Program-made: the position numbers and the translations under genes
Notes under the pieces: generated by a model
What the model was told of the DNA's origin: nothing
Database searches by the model: none
Seen by the model: only the letters and a program-made list of their open reading frames with translations
Source of the DNA: Octopus sinensis
Lineage: Eukaryota
Length of the DNA stretch: 64,000 bases
Direction of reading: 5' to 3'
Assembly: GCF_006345805.1 (NCBI RefSeq)
Contig: NC_043004.1
Span: forward strand, 17,236,001 to 17,300,000
In this document: piece by piece, positions 12,716 through 27,355 of the stretch
Layout of the letters: every line of letters starts with the position of its first letter
Position numbering within the stretch: position 1 is the stretch's first letter

Positions 12716-13462
12716 TCTACTTTAAGCACCAAATTTGGAAGAGAGTGCTTGTTGATTACATCGATCCCGGCGTTTGACAGGTTTTTATGTTCTCGACCCC
12801 GAAAGGATGAAAGGCAAAGTCGACCTCGACGGAATTTGAACACAGAATGTAAAGAACAGGTGCTGGTTGTGGTGGAAACCTTCTTCCAATTGTCATTTTC
12901 TGTTGATGCTGGAAACAGCAGAAATCCTTGAGGTGATCAAAATCAAGGCATTCTACTTCTACTAACACATGTAAATTCTGCCCTCCTAGGACCTCTATTG
13001 GGTCGTGCATTTTGCTCCCTGTCTCAGGTCTCACCTAAGACAAAATCTTCAAGCCTACCACAACACAATCTTCCTTTGAAAAACTTTTTATTCCTAGCAA
13101 CATATTAGGATCTTCCAAAACCATACATTTCACCACCCACAAGGGTTCTACATTTGGTGACTTCTTTGAACACTTTATTCGAATCATATATTCTTTTATT
13201 CTTTTGCTTGTTTCAGTCGTCTCACTGAAGCACTGCCTTGAAGGGCTTTAAGTCGAACAAACCGATCCCAGGATTTATACATATTTTCCTGGCGTCAACA
13301 TGTACTTCTTTGCAACAATGTAACCTTTAATCTAATCAAGATATCCTTGGCCTGAAGAATAGCCGGTGGTATACACCTCTCTTGGATATTTACCACTTCT
13401 GAGGTTCTGCTCGCCATGAAACATATGTACCCCGGATCTTTCCTACTCCATTCCGTAACTCT

Positions 13463-13540
<78 letters not shown>

Positions 13541-13717
13541 ATATATACACGACAGGCTTCTTATCGTTCCGTCGGCCAAATCCATTCACAAGGCTTCGGT
13601 GGCCCGCAGCAATTGCAGAAGCCACTCGCTGAAAGTTTCACGCAGTGGGACTGAACTCGGAACCATGTAGTTGGGAAGCAAGCTTCTTGGCAGGTATCTA
13701 TTTACCTTTCAGACGTC

Positions 13718-13806
<89 letters not shown>

Positions 13807-14079
13807 TGTGTGTGTGTGTGTGTGTGTGCGTGTGTGTGTGGTGTGTGTGTGTGTATGTATAACAATTTAATAAATAAAACATATGCATACATACATACAT
13901 ATATGTACATACCTACATCTATATGTATATATACATGCATATATGAGTACAGGACACCACAAATAAACGTAGAACACAACGAGAAACGAAAACATAAACC
14001 AAACAAAGAAACGGACTTTTTCTAACAACGAAAAACAGAGTACAACACAAACAACACAGGGAACATTCCCCTATATATA

Positions 14080-14122
<43 letters not shown>

Positions 14123-14461
14123 CGTGTATGTATGTTTGTTTGTTTTTTACTTTTTCATTCATATGACTGCAGTCATGCTGTAACACCGCCGTAAAGGGTT
14201 TTAGTCGAAGAAATCGACCTCAGGACTTATTCTTAGTAAGCCTAGTACTTATTCCATCGGTCTCTTTTGCCGAACCGCTAAGTGACGAGGACGTAAACAC
14301 ACCAATATTGATTTTCAAGTGGTGGTTTCAAGTGATTTCACGAGGCTTTGGTCAGGTCGAGGTTATAGCGAAAGACACTTGCCCAAGATGCCAAGCAGTG
14401 GGACCAAACCAGGAACCATGTGGTTGGGAAGCAAGCTTCTTACCACACAGCCACGCCTGCG

Positions 14462-14499
<38 letters not shown>

Positions 14500-14569
14500 C
14501 ATATACATGTGTATGTGTTTGTGTAGATGTGTTTACGTGTGTATTGAGAGAAAATTACATAGATAAGAC

Positions 14570-14669
<100 letters not shown>

Positions 14670-14696
14670 GGACGGACAGACAGACAGATTATATAC

Positions 14697-14882
14697 CCCC
14701 TGCTGGTGATGGTGTGCAACTTTCTCGACAAAGATAATTTCGTTGACATCCTTTCCCTTCTAGGAACGAATAACCTTCTAAACAGCAGCTCGCTCTCGGC
14801 TTTCTGTTGTAACACTTCCAGTACGTTCTACATCTACCTTCCATTGGGAACGTCGAATGGTCTGGCAAATGTCTACAACGAT
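14697..14882 (-). CDS. Cys module exon M6: DRCRHLPDHSTFPMEGRCRTYWKCYNRKPRASCCLEGYSFLEGKGCQRNYLCRESCTPSPAG
   Basis: ttatttcaaaag|AT ... GGGG|gtatat; 186 bp, phase 1-1, open frame. Absent from the ORF track. Confidence 0.88.
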
Positions 14883-15199
14883 CTTTTGAAATAAAATATA
14901 GAAATAAATTTTAATTTGTTGTAAATATATTTAATGATTTGCTTCATATGTAAAAGGCTATAAATGTATGAAATAATAGATTGTATCTTGTGTGATTTGC
15001 AAGTACTTTACCGACCAGAAAGAAACGAAAGCTAAAGCCAACCTTTATATGACCTGGACTCATTAAGTAAAGGGAGATAACCAACTATTTAGATGCATTT
15101 AATCCAATTTGTCGAAATCTGCCTGATTTAATTTTTTAATTAATTATAAAAGAATTATTTCTCGTTTGACTTAACACCAGCAATTTCAAGTGAGACGGA

Positions 15200-16232
15200 A
15201 TTAATCGGTTACATCGATCCCAGTACTTGACTATTATATCGTCCCCGAAACGGGGAAAACCAAAAGTGACCTCAGCGGAATTTGAACTCAGAACGTGAAT
15301 AGCCAAAATAAGTGTGATTAAGCATTTTCTCCGACTTTGTTAACTATTATACAAGCTTGCTGCCATAATAATTTTTTTCTACTATAGGCGCAAGGCCTGA
15401 ATTTTACTAGGGAGAAGCGGATAGTCGATTATATGGACTGCAGTGCTCGACCTCGAAAGGATGAAAGACAAAGTCGACCTCGAACTCAGAACGTAAAACC
15501 GGAAGTAATGCGATTAAGCATTTTGCCCGAAGCCTTAACGACTCCGCCAATCCGACAGTCTACCGATTCTAGCTGGCGATGTTGACACTACTAAAATATT
15601 TAAAAAGTAATGCACTATATACTTTTCTACTCTAGGCACAAGGCCCGAAATTTGGGGGCAGGGGTACGTCGATTAGATCGACCCCAGTACACAACTGGTA
15701 CTCAATTTATCGACCCCGAAAGGATGAACGGAAAAGTCGACTTGGTGGGATTTGAACTCAGAACGTAACGGCAGACGAAATACCACCAAGCATTTTGTCG
15801 TGCTAAATTTCTTATTTCTTTATTGCCCACAAGTAGTCAAACATAGAGGGGACAAACAAGGACAGTCAAAGAGATTAAGTCGATTGCATTGACCCCAGTG
15901 CGTAACTGGTACTTAATCTATCGACCCCGAAAGGATGAAAGCCAATATCGACCACGGCGGAATTTGAACTCAGAACGTAACGACAGATGAAATACCTATT
16001 TTTTTACTACCCACAAGGGGCTAAACACAGAGAGGACAAACAAGGGCAAACAAACGGATTAAGTCGATTATATCGACCCCAGTGCGTAACTGGTACTTAA
16101 TTTATCGACCCCGAAAGGATGAAAGGCAAAGTCGACCTCGGCGGAATTTGAAGTCAGAACGTAGCGACAGACGAAATACCGCTAAGCACTTCACCCGGCG
16201 CGCTAACGTTTCCGCCAGCTCGCCGTCTTCAA
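15200..16232 (-). mobile_element. Cluster of nested or tandem tRNA-derived SINE family C copies (others 915-1060, 11975-12105, 12290-12592, 12700-12850, 25480-25650, 39602-39810)
   Basis: Repeated atcgaccccgaaaggatgaaaggcaaagtcgacctcggcggaatttgaactcagaacgt units. Confidence 0.85.
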
Positions 16233-17568
16233 AAGTAATGCACTATTTAGGTATATTTGTTTAGTATCGTTGTTTCCTATCCGTGTTTTTGGTATCAAAC
16301 ACTCCTTACTAATGTTCTCTGTGAGGTCACAAGGGAATGTACAGCTTCAGGTAAGTCAATCTGTTCTGTCCCTCTTTCCCTTTCTATCTTTCTCCCTTTC
16401 TCTCTCTCCATCTGTCTTTCTTTCTGTTCCTTTCTCTTTCTCTCTCATATTTTTCTGTATGTGTATCAAGAGAGGGGGAAAGTGTATATGTCTATCGTGT
16501 TCAATTAATAAACTGTAATATATTTCTCTCTCCATCTCTCCCTCACTCCTTCACTCCCTCCTTTTTTCACCCTCTCTCCTTCACTCCCTCCTTCTTTCAC
16601 CCTCTCTCTTTCTCTTTCATTAATCTGTCTTAATGGGCATATTACTGCGCGCGTGTGTGTTAATGTATGTGTAAGTCAGTGTGTGTGTCTGTGTGTGCGT
16701 GTCTGTGTGTGTGTGTGCGTGAGTCTGTGTGTGTATGTGTGCATGTGTGTATTTGCCTCTAGTGCCAAAAAGTACAGTTGCCAAAACAAGCTGCAAATCC
16801 AGTCAGCTGTACCAAATCTTCTACATCCAAGCAGTTTCACCAAATCGACTCAATTCATTCAAATAGTACAGGAATCTATTTGAAATAGAAACATTATATC
16901 ATGAATAGCAACGCTTTTATGCTCTTGGCCACTGATGCACGAACGAATAACGACATAATTTTGATTAATTTATTCTACAATGCATGCAGGCATACTGAGC
17001 TGATATCAACGTCAACTTACTGCCTTGGTTCTCAGCAAACTCAATATCTGCTGTTTGTTTCATTTCACTAAGATTCAACATACATATATAATTTCCTTTT
17101 CGTTCAGTATATATGTTCACCTATTCCTGACTTAGCTATTTCTTGTCTCATTAAGATTTTCTATGTTCCTCTCCTACGACCTTTACGGACTTTCCAGTAT
17201 CTCTTTAATAAGACTTTTAGCAAATGTTTGAGTTCTTATGGATGCCTTTCTTGAATATTAGCTGGTATATAGCATACATGTAAATTCGTTTTATTCTATG
17301 TTATAAGTATTTAATAATTCTTTTGTTAACATTGTGTGGATTATGATATTCATATTTCATGTAATGTAGGCTCTCTATACACTTATGTTCTAATTGCAGT
17401 TTTGGCCCTTTCACCAAAACATCAATAAATTGCTATCGATTGCTGTTTCCCATTTTTAGTGTAAAATAAACTGGATTACGACATCACGACGAACGGGTTT
17501 CCGTTGACACAGGGTTGGTAAAGAGTATATATATAATATATTTAGCATCACAACTTTAATATATCCAG

Positions 17569-18324
17569 AGTATTTCATTTATGTCTTACGTATTTATCAC
17601 TGAGGAGGGAAAAATTCTTATGAAATTGGGACCAATACGGTAATAACGGAATTGTTTAGAAATTTCTATCAGTTGTTTCGAGACGCATAAATTATAATGG
17701 TTATTGACAATTTTGACTTTTTTCGGCATATTTGGCATTATATTTTTTCTTTTGCCCTTATTTTATAAGTTATTTATAAATTTAACCTTTAAAGGTATTT
17801 TTTATATGCTGGCCATTGATACAATTTTTTTTCGAAAACAATTTTATCCAACATTAGTTGTAAATTGAATAGTGTTCACTTCCGGATTCTCTCACTTTGT
17901 GAAAGTTTCTAGTTCGAATCACACGTTTCTCGAGATGTGCTGAAGATTTTCTATTTTGGATATATTTGGGGTACTTATGTCTGCTCAGGACTTAGTGCTT
18001 GCTTTTTCCATGGGTATGAGTAAGTATTTCATTTATGTCTTACGTATTTATCGCTGAGGAGGGGAAATTCTTATGAATTAACCCCGAATTGGACCAATAC
18101 GGTAATAACGGAATTTTTTAGAAATTTCTATCGGCTTGTTTCGAGACGCATGAATTATAATGGTTATTGACAACTTTGTCTTTTTTCGGCATATTTGGCA
18201 TTAGAATTTTTCTTTTGCCCTTATTTTATAAGTTATTTATAAATTTAACCTTTAAAGGTATTTTTTATATGCTGGCCATTGATAATATTTATTTTCCAAA
18301 AAAATTTGATTCTACATTAGTTGT
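17569..18324. repeat. Direct tandem duplication of an about 295-bp intronic block (17569-17862 and 18023-18324); diverged copy at 22873-23218
   Basis: Compared by eye; period about 454 bp. Confidence 0.85.
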
Positions 18325-18339
18325 ATATATATATTATAT

Positions 18340-18425
<86 letters not shown>

Positions 18426-18861
18426 CACAGAGAGGGAGATTTAGTGGTTGTAGCAACTGACTACGAAATAAAGTATCCGTATATACTATCAGTATCTGTT
18501 ACCTGTGTTATAACCGGGCAATGGTGTGAAGGGGCACCATATACGTCGAGCGCAAGTGACAAAAGGATAAAGAAAGGTTTATCAGGAACCAATGCATATC
18601 ATTAGAAAATAGAGAAAACCAAGCACATCGATTATACCATGTTTAAAGCTTGTATATTGATACAAAGCTAACAGATGTTTCTAATCAGATTACCTACAGA
18701 ATGCAGTTTATACATAAATGCGAGAATAAAATCCTTCATCTTCATAGGTCATTCGAATTAAGGCAACAAATCTTCATCAGAATGAAAAACAAGAGCATAC
18801 AATATAAACAAAAGGAAGAAGGAAAAGGGAATTCCACTGTGTGTGTATTTAAAGTTATTAC

Positions 18862-19056
18862 CTATTGGATCGACTGGATGTGGTGAATCACACTTTTCTT
18901 TACAGTGATAATCACGGCGACATCCTCTTCCTGGTTTAAAAGAATAACCCCACTGGCAGCATTTCTCTACTGCTTTTCCGTTGTAACATCTCAAGTATTG
19001 TCTACATTTGCCAGGCACGCGGAGTTCTGATCCCTCTGGCATGTTTCTGCAACGAT
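18862..19056 (-). CDS. Cys module exon M5: [65 protein letters not shown]
   Basis: ttactctgtatag|AT ... ATAG|gtaata; 195 bp, phase 1-1. Confidence 0.9.
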
Positions 19057-19204
19057 CTATACAGAGTAAAATAAATTGGGTATCATTCATAGTGTACGAT
19101 ATAGAACTGAATATTGTTACAGAAAACTGTTAAAACACACACAAATATAGACCAACAGAGAGGACAAAAACATCTACTCAGATACATAGTTCATAATGCA
19201 TGTG

Positions 19205-19292
<88 letters not shown>

Positions 19293-19518
19293 ATGTATGT
19301 ATGTATGTATGTATGTATGTATGTATGCATGCATGTATGTATGTATGTATGTATGTATATGTCATGATTCAGTTTATTTTAAGATTTCTTGCCAATAGAG
19401 AAAGAACCGCTTTCTAACCTAGATCCAAGGCTCCTTCATTTGGATTTCAACACCAACAACAGGATATTTTTGTTTGTATATATGTATATGTGTGTGTGTA
19501 TGATTGTGAATGAGTATG

Positions 19519-19583
<65 letters not shown>

Positions 19584-19614
19584 ATGTATATATATATTAT
19601 ATATATATATATTA

Positions 19615-19880
19615 TATTAAATTAGAGACAAAACCACTATTAGGCAAATCAAACAATGAAAGACTTAAGCTAATACACATGATTAATTATATTATTTAAA
19701 TATGTAACAATTATTAAAAAATATAATTAATATCCACTACGATCGAAACGATCGTAGTGGATATTAATTATATTTTTTAATAATTGTTACATATTTAAAT
19801 AATATAAATTAATCATGTGTATTAGCTTAAGTCTTTCATTGTTTGATTTGCCTAATAGTGGTTTTGTCTCTAATTTAATA
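19615..19880. repeat. Near-perfect palindrome with about 131-bp arms and a 3-nt loop
   Basis: Centre ccactacgatcg-aaa-cgatcgtagtgg; the arms differ by one inserted A. Confidence 0.95.
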
Positions 19881-20735
19881 TAATATAATATTTTACTATA
19901 AAATTGGATTCAATCCTAAATCTGATTTTTCCCTGTAAGTTTGGATTTATTCCCTAATATTTATTATTATATACATACATACATACATACATACATACAT
20001 ACATACATACATACATACATACATACATTCACAGAAAGAGAGAGCGAGAGAGATTGTCCTTGTAACTGAAAATCCAGAAGGCCAACTCGACGAAATCATT
20101 TCATGAGAAGCTTATAAAACCATAAAATCAAGAGATATGATTTAATTTCATTTGATCTAGTTTCAACTCATGAGTTGTGGCCATGCTGGGGCACCGCCAT
20201 TTCGGAGAGATTAATAGCTATTTAACCGCGTGAATTCCACTGGTTTACAGCCGTTTCATAGTCTTCTCATACTATTAATTTCAGCATGGAAGAAATTATG
20301 CGTACATGTTTGTATTAATATGTATACTTATCATTGTACAATGCAATTGTATGTTCGCAAATTGATGCAAAGGAAGAAATCTAGCTGATCTGTTCACCAG
20401 AACATAGTTACTCCGACAATTCAACTCTGTATTCATCAGTGAACACTATTGGGATAATGGATAAAATATCATCATAAAAAACATCTCTAAGGATATTGTG
20501 GATTTTGTCAACCCGAAATTATAGAATACACAAATTTGGTGAGTGTCTTTGGAGGCAAACATTTGTGAATATATTAATGAAGAATCTATACATATTTATA
20601 ACTATATGTGCCTGCTTAGGAGTTGTAAGATGTGCGTGTTTGTGTGTGTTTATGTATGTATGTACGTATATATGTATATATTTATACATATAAATATACA
20701 TATATACATACATATATATGTATATATATATATAT

Positions 20736-20798
<63 letters not shown>

Positions 20799-21091
20799 CA
20801 TACATACATACATACATATGTATGTGTGTGTATAACCACATGTGAACTGTTGGGGATTTTCTTCCTCAGTCTGCCTTTCTATTGGACTTTCCTCTGTTTC
20901 CGAAGAAGTGCGTCTGTTCGAAACGTTAAACCATCTTTCTTTCCTTCCCTGAGCGTCTGCTAATACTTTACATGTACCACATCCTCATGTTGTTGTGTTT
21001 TTTGGGGTGGTTGTCCTTCATTTTTGGATTTACTATATGTATATATATATATATATATATATAGTGAGAGAGTGAGAGAGAGATACATATA

Positions 21092-21154
<63 letters not shown>

Positions 21155-21158
<4 letters not shown>

Positions 21159-21990
21159 CGTCAAAACTTTGTTTATTTTTAGGTTTTTGATTATTATTAG
21201 TGTTGCTTAGTATGTTTTGTTAAAATTACTGTTAATTTTCAGATATCATCAGAAAAAGGCAATTAAAATTCATTAAAATGACAGATCTAGCTGACTTTCA
21301 AAGACGTCAAATTGTTGGTGTTCGTATGGCAGGCGCTAGCGTAACGAAAACAGCCGAAATATTTGGTGTCTCAAGAAGTAGTCTCTAAAGTAATGACAGC
21401 CTTTGAGAAAAATGGAAACTCCTCGTCGAAACAAAACTCCAGAAGAAAGCCAAAATTTTCAGATAGGGATCGCTGAACTCTTATGCGAATTGTTAGAAAG
21501 GATCACAAAAGTACAGCTCCCAAAATTAATGCAGAGCTTAATGACCACCTCGAGAACCCAGTTACTACAAAAACTGTTCGCCCGGAGCTGCACAAACGCG
21601 GATTTCACGGAAGGGTTGCAATCAGAAAACCTCTACATTCAAACACAAACGTTACAAAGCGTTTAGAGTGGAGTAAAAACCTACAGAATTGATCCCTAGA
21701 GCAGTGGAAGAATGTTATGTTCTCGGATGAGTCATCCTTTACGTTATTTCCGACCAACGGCCGAGTATACATGTGGAGACAGACAAAAGAAGCATTTGAC
21801 CCAGACAGCCTTCTTCCGACTGTTAAACATGGTGGAGGATCTGAGATGATCTAGTGGAGCTATATCTTAGAGATCCGCCGGCCCAGTGGTTTCCCTTCAT
21901 AGCAGAATTATTTGTCAATACTCTTTAAGCATTTTATCTGATCAAATTCATCCTATGGTTGCGGAACTATTTCCAGAGGGAAATGCAATC
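21155..21990 (+). mobile_element. Tc1-like transposase remnant, 3' truncated
   Basis: ATG at 21278: MTDLADFQRRQIVG...FGVSRS, later RKPL, FSDES and TVKHGGG; stops and frameshifts present. Confidence 0.85.
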
Positions 21991-22247
21991 TTACCACAGA
22001 GCGCCTATACACGTTTATACATACGTATATATACAGGGTATCGATAAATAACCTTTACAATTTGAAACATTCAGAAAAGAGTAAAAAGTACAGATGACTC
22101 AGCAGAGTTTATTACAAAACAGATAAAGTTTAATTAGATACGCCAGGACATTCCCAGGTGGATTCCAGTGGTTGCACGCAACACATCTAGATGTTGCAAT
22201 ACAATAGATTGTAGAAATTGCCAGGATAATTTATGAACACCGTATAT

Positions 22248-22680
22248 ATAGGGTGATTGAAATGTAACTCCCGATTTTAAAATACCTATAAATTATTTGA
22301 TTGTAATTTTTAACCAAAAAAATGGATATGAGAGGAGAGCTTTTAGTATGAGGTTTTATTTAAAATTCGATATGGGCTCCAGATGTTGCCACCAGCTTCT
22401 TGAGTTGCCCGGGAATTGCGTCAACTGGAACTTTGGTGGGATGTGAGATGATATAACTTCTCGTATTCGCCCTTCAAGTTCTTCCAAAATCTTTGGTTTG
22501 GTATAGTAGACTTATTCTTTTAGCCAACCCCAAAGAAAGAAGTCACAAGGTGTTAAGTCGGGACTCTTATTTGGCCATTCATGCAGACCACGACAAACCA
22601 TCCATCTCGTGGAGTAGTGAGCATTCGGCCATTTACGAACAACAAGAGCAATACGATTACAAAGAAAATGTTCATACTTG
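22248..22680 (-). mobile_element. Tc1/mariner-superfamily remnant (Tc3/rosa/maT-like C-terminus)
   Basis: WPNKSPDLTPCDFFLWGWLKE; terminal ta-tagggtgattgaaat. An adjacent MITE-like piece lies at 22034-22242. Confidence 0.65.
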
Positions 22681-23223
22681 AAAAACAAACACAAAAATAT
22701 CGAGAAAAAAATTACAAATGATATATTGATGTATAGGCGTAGGAGTGGTTGTGTGGTAAGTAGCTTGCTTATCAACCACATGGTTCCGAGTTCAGTCCAA
22801 CTGCGTGGCACCTTGGGCAAGTGTCTTCTACTATAGCCTCGGACCGACCATTTGGGGTACTTAGTTGTGCTCATGACTTAGTGTTTGCTTCTTCCATGAG
22901 TATGAGTAAGTATCTTTCTTTGCCACATGTATCACTGACGAAGGGAGGGTTCTTTTTGAACTAACTCTGAAATCGGTCCGATATGATAATAATGGAATTT
23001 TTTAGAGATTTCTGTCGACCTTTTTCGAGTAGCGTGCGTACTGGGAAAAAATTATATGGTAAATGGACAATATGTCCAATTTTCGGCATATTTGGCATTA
23101 GAAAATCTTTCGTTTGTCCTTATTTATAAGTTGTTTATAATCTAACCTTTAAAGGTATTTTTTAATGTGCTGGCCATTGATAAAAAAAATGTTCGAAAGA
23201 ATTTTATCCTACATTAGATATAT

Positions 23224-23332
<109 letters not shown>

Positions 23333-23333
23333 C

Positions 23334-23368
<35 letters not shown>

Positions 23369-23755
23369 CATATATGCATTTATGTATGTAAGTGTGTGTG
23401 TATATCTTTGTGGGTCTGTGTTTGTCCCCCCAATATCTCTTGACAACCGATGCTGATGTGTTTACGTCCCCCTAACTTAGACCGATAGAATAAGTACTAG
23501 GCTTACAAAGAATAAATCCTGAGGTCGATTTACTCAACTAAGGGCGGTGCTCCAGCATAGCCACAGTCAAATAACTGAAACAAGTAAAAGTGTAAAATAG
23601 TAAAAAGAGTAATTTATAGGTATTTTAAATATTTTAAGATAGAGAGTTACTTTTCAATCCCCTTGTATATAAGCATACATATCAACATATGTATGAATAG
23701 ATAGACAGGCAGACACAAGACAGATAAGTAAAAGGAGATTGCATGCCTTGCAGAC

Positions 23756-23953
23756 CATGTGGGTCTGGCTGTGGATGTGTTGAATGACACGTTTCTTTGC
23801 AGTGATAATCACGGCGACATCCCCTTCCTGGTTTAAAAGAATAACCCCACTGACAGCATTTCTCTACTGCTTTTCCGTTGTAACATCTCAAGTATGTTCT
23901 GCATCTGCCAGGCAAGGGGAGCTCTGTATTGTCTGGTATGTGTCTGCAGCGAC
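23756..23953 (-). CDS. Cys module exon M4: [65 protein letters not shown]
   Basis: ttttacacag|GT acceptor. Donor is either CATG|gtctgc (23756) or CAAG|gcatgc (23747); both are phase 1. Confidence 0.87.
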
Positions 23954-23983
23954 CTGTGTAAAATAAAATAGATAGATAGATAA

Positions 23984-24050
<67 letters not shown>

Positions 24051-24141
24051 TATAGATAGATAGATAGACAGACACAAACACAGAGACAGACAGACAGGCA
24101 GATAGGCAGGCGGACATACACACAGAGAGACACACAGGCAA

Positions 24142-25105
<964 letters not shown>

Positions 25106-25168
25106 AGACAGGCAGGCAGGCAGGCAGACATACAGACAGGCAGATAGATAGATGGATAGATAGATAAT

Positions 25169-25200
<32 letters not shown>

Positions 25201-25274
25201 AGAGACAGACAGACAGACAGACAGGCAGACAGGCAGGTAGGCAGACAGGTAGGCAGACAGACAGACAGACAGAC

Positions 25275-25340
<66 letters not shown>

Positions 25341-26072
25341 GAAGATAGGTAGGTAGGTAGGTAGGTAGGTGGTAGGTAGGTAGGTAGTAGATAGATAGGA
25401 GACAGTACAATCTGATATGACTGTTACCTACAATCTTCTTCTACTGAATTATCTTCATAGTGGAATGCATAATATTGGTTTCAAAATTTGGCCCAAGGTT
25501 AGCAGATTTTGGTGGAGCGGTGAGCAGATTTTGGTGGAGCAGATTTTGAGTTGATTATATCGACCCCGGAGTTCAACTGGCACTTATTTTATCGACACCG
25601 AAAGAATGAAAGGCAAAGTCCACCTCGACAGTATAAGAACTGGTAACGTTAAGATGGACGAAATCCCGCTTTGTCCTTTGCCCACCCCCACTCGCGGTAA
25701 TACTTCTGCAGCTCGACGCCTTAGAATATTTGTTAATCGGACACAACTTCTGCCAAGGTAGATATCCATTGGAAACACTAAAATTCTAACATAACTTTAA
25801 TGTCTGGTGAGAATTGTATATGTCAACCTGTTCATTACTTATTCAATTAATTATTATAGGTGTTTCCATAAATTTTATATGCAAACACCAATACGTATCG
25901 CAATGAAATAATACCTGTACCATTCGAAAAGATCGCAACTTTCTATAAGATTATATAACAACGTCATAATTTTCTCCTCTTATTCCTACTTAAGCATGTG
26001 TGTGTGTCTGTGTGTGTGTGTCTGTGTGTGTGTGTCTCTGTGTGTGTCTGTGTGTGTGTTTAAAGTTATTAC

Positions 26073-26279
26073 CTATTGGATCGATTGGATTTAGCGTTGG
26101 ATGTGGTGAATCACACTTTTCTTTACAGTGATAATCACGGCGACATCCTCTTCCTGGTTTAAAAGAATAACCCCACTGGCAGCATTTCTCTACTGCTTTT
26201 CCGTTGTAACATCTCAAGTATTGTCTACATTTGCCAGGCACGCGGAGTTCTGATCCCTCTGGCATGTTTCTGCAACGAT
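26073..26279 (-). CDS. Cys module exon M3: DRCRNMPEGSELRVPGKCRQYLRC...CKEKCDSPHPTLNPIDPI
   Basis: Same acceptor and donor contexts as M5; 207 bp, phase 1-1. Confidence 0.9.
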
Positions 26280-26659
26280 CTATACAGAGTAAAATAAATT
26301 GGGTATCAGTCATGCGTACAATATAGATTGGAAATTGTTACAGACCCATATGTATTCACTCACACGTACACACACAAATATATACAGAGAGAGGGGGAGA
26401 GTGAGGAAGAGACAGACAGACATTAAGAGTGCGAGAGAGAGAGATATATGACAACAAACTTTGGATGGAAGATCATAAATCCTTTAATGTATTGTAACGT
26501 ACGTATCTCACAAACCACATCTTTTAGTTGCTCTCTTGCTCATCCATTCTACATTACAACACAGGAATTTTTTCTGAGCGCACTCAAAAGTGTTTCACAT
26601 AAATGAACGTAAAAAATACACCCACCCACACATACTCACACACATATAGATGTGCATAC

Positions 26660-26706
<47 letters not shown>

Positions 26707-27007
26707 TTATCTTTTACTGAATTCAGTTCGAGGGCTGCGACTATGCTGGGAGCCCGCCGTTAGCCATGCTACACATTCGTTATTTAAAAACATTCTCTGA
26801 TGTTTTTAAAGTAATGAGACCTCTTCAATAGCCGTTGACTCTTCAATAGAAAGTCAACGAGTATTGAAGAGGCTGCAAGACGAAACAAAAATTTTAGGAA
26901 AAAAAAAATAAGTAAATGTGTGGGAACGAACCGATGGTTGTGTTAAAGAATAGTGCACTAAACGCGAATGACCCTCCCCAAAACACTAGAATACATGCAT
27001 ATATATA

Positions 27008-27124
<117 letters not shown>

Positions 27125-27147
27125 ATATATACGTGGTTGTTGCTCAC

Positions 27148-27355
27148 CTCTGAGATCGTGTGGTGGGTCTGGCGTTGGATGTGGTGAATCACACTTTTCT
27201 GCAGTGATAATCACGGCGACATCCTCTTCCTGGTTTGAAAGAATAACCCCACTGGCAGCACTTCTCTACTGCTTTTCCGTTGTAACATCTCAAGTATTGT
27301 CTACATTTTCCAGGCACGCGGAGTTCTGATCCCTCTGGCATGTTTCTGCAACGAT
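27148..27355 (-). pseudogene. Cys module exon M2 with a 2-nt deletion (real pseudo-exon or assembly error)
   Basis: Near-identical to M3/M5, but reads cacttttct-gcag against cacttttctttacag. Length 208 bp (210-2). The strong donor AGAG|gtgagc is phase 1 in the corrected frame (...SPHPTPDPPHDLR). Confidence 0.75.

Noticed and set aside
15640-16232. Repeat-spacer-like periodicity resembling a CRISPR array
   Set aside because: The units are SINE copies found elsewhere in the window; eukaryotic context and no cas genes.
16305-16336. Plus-strand donor ttcag|gtaagt
   Set aside because: No convincing acceptor or coding frame, and no partner exons.
16758-16877. Possible ninth decayed module exon (acceptor tttcaaatag|AT, then C-x14-C spacing)
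   Set aside because: Two in-frame stops, the remaining Cys pattern does not match, and there is no GT donor; likely chance.
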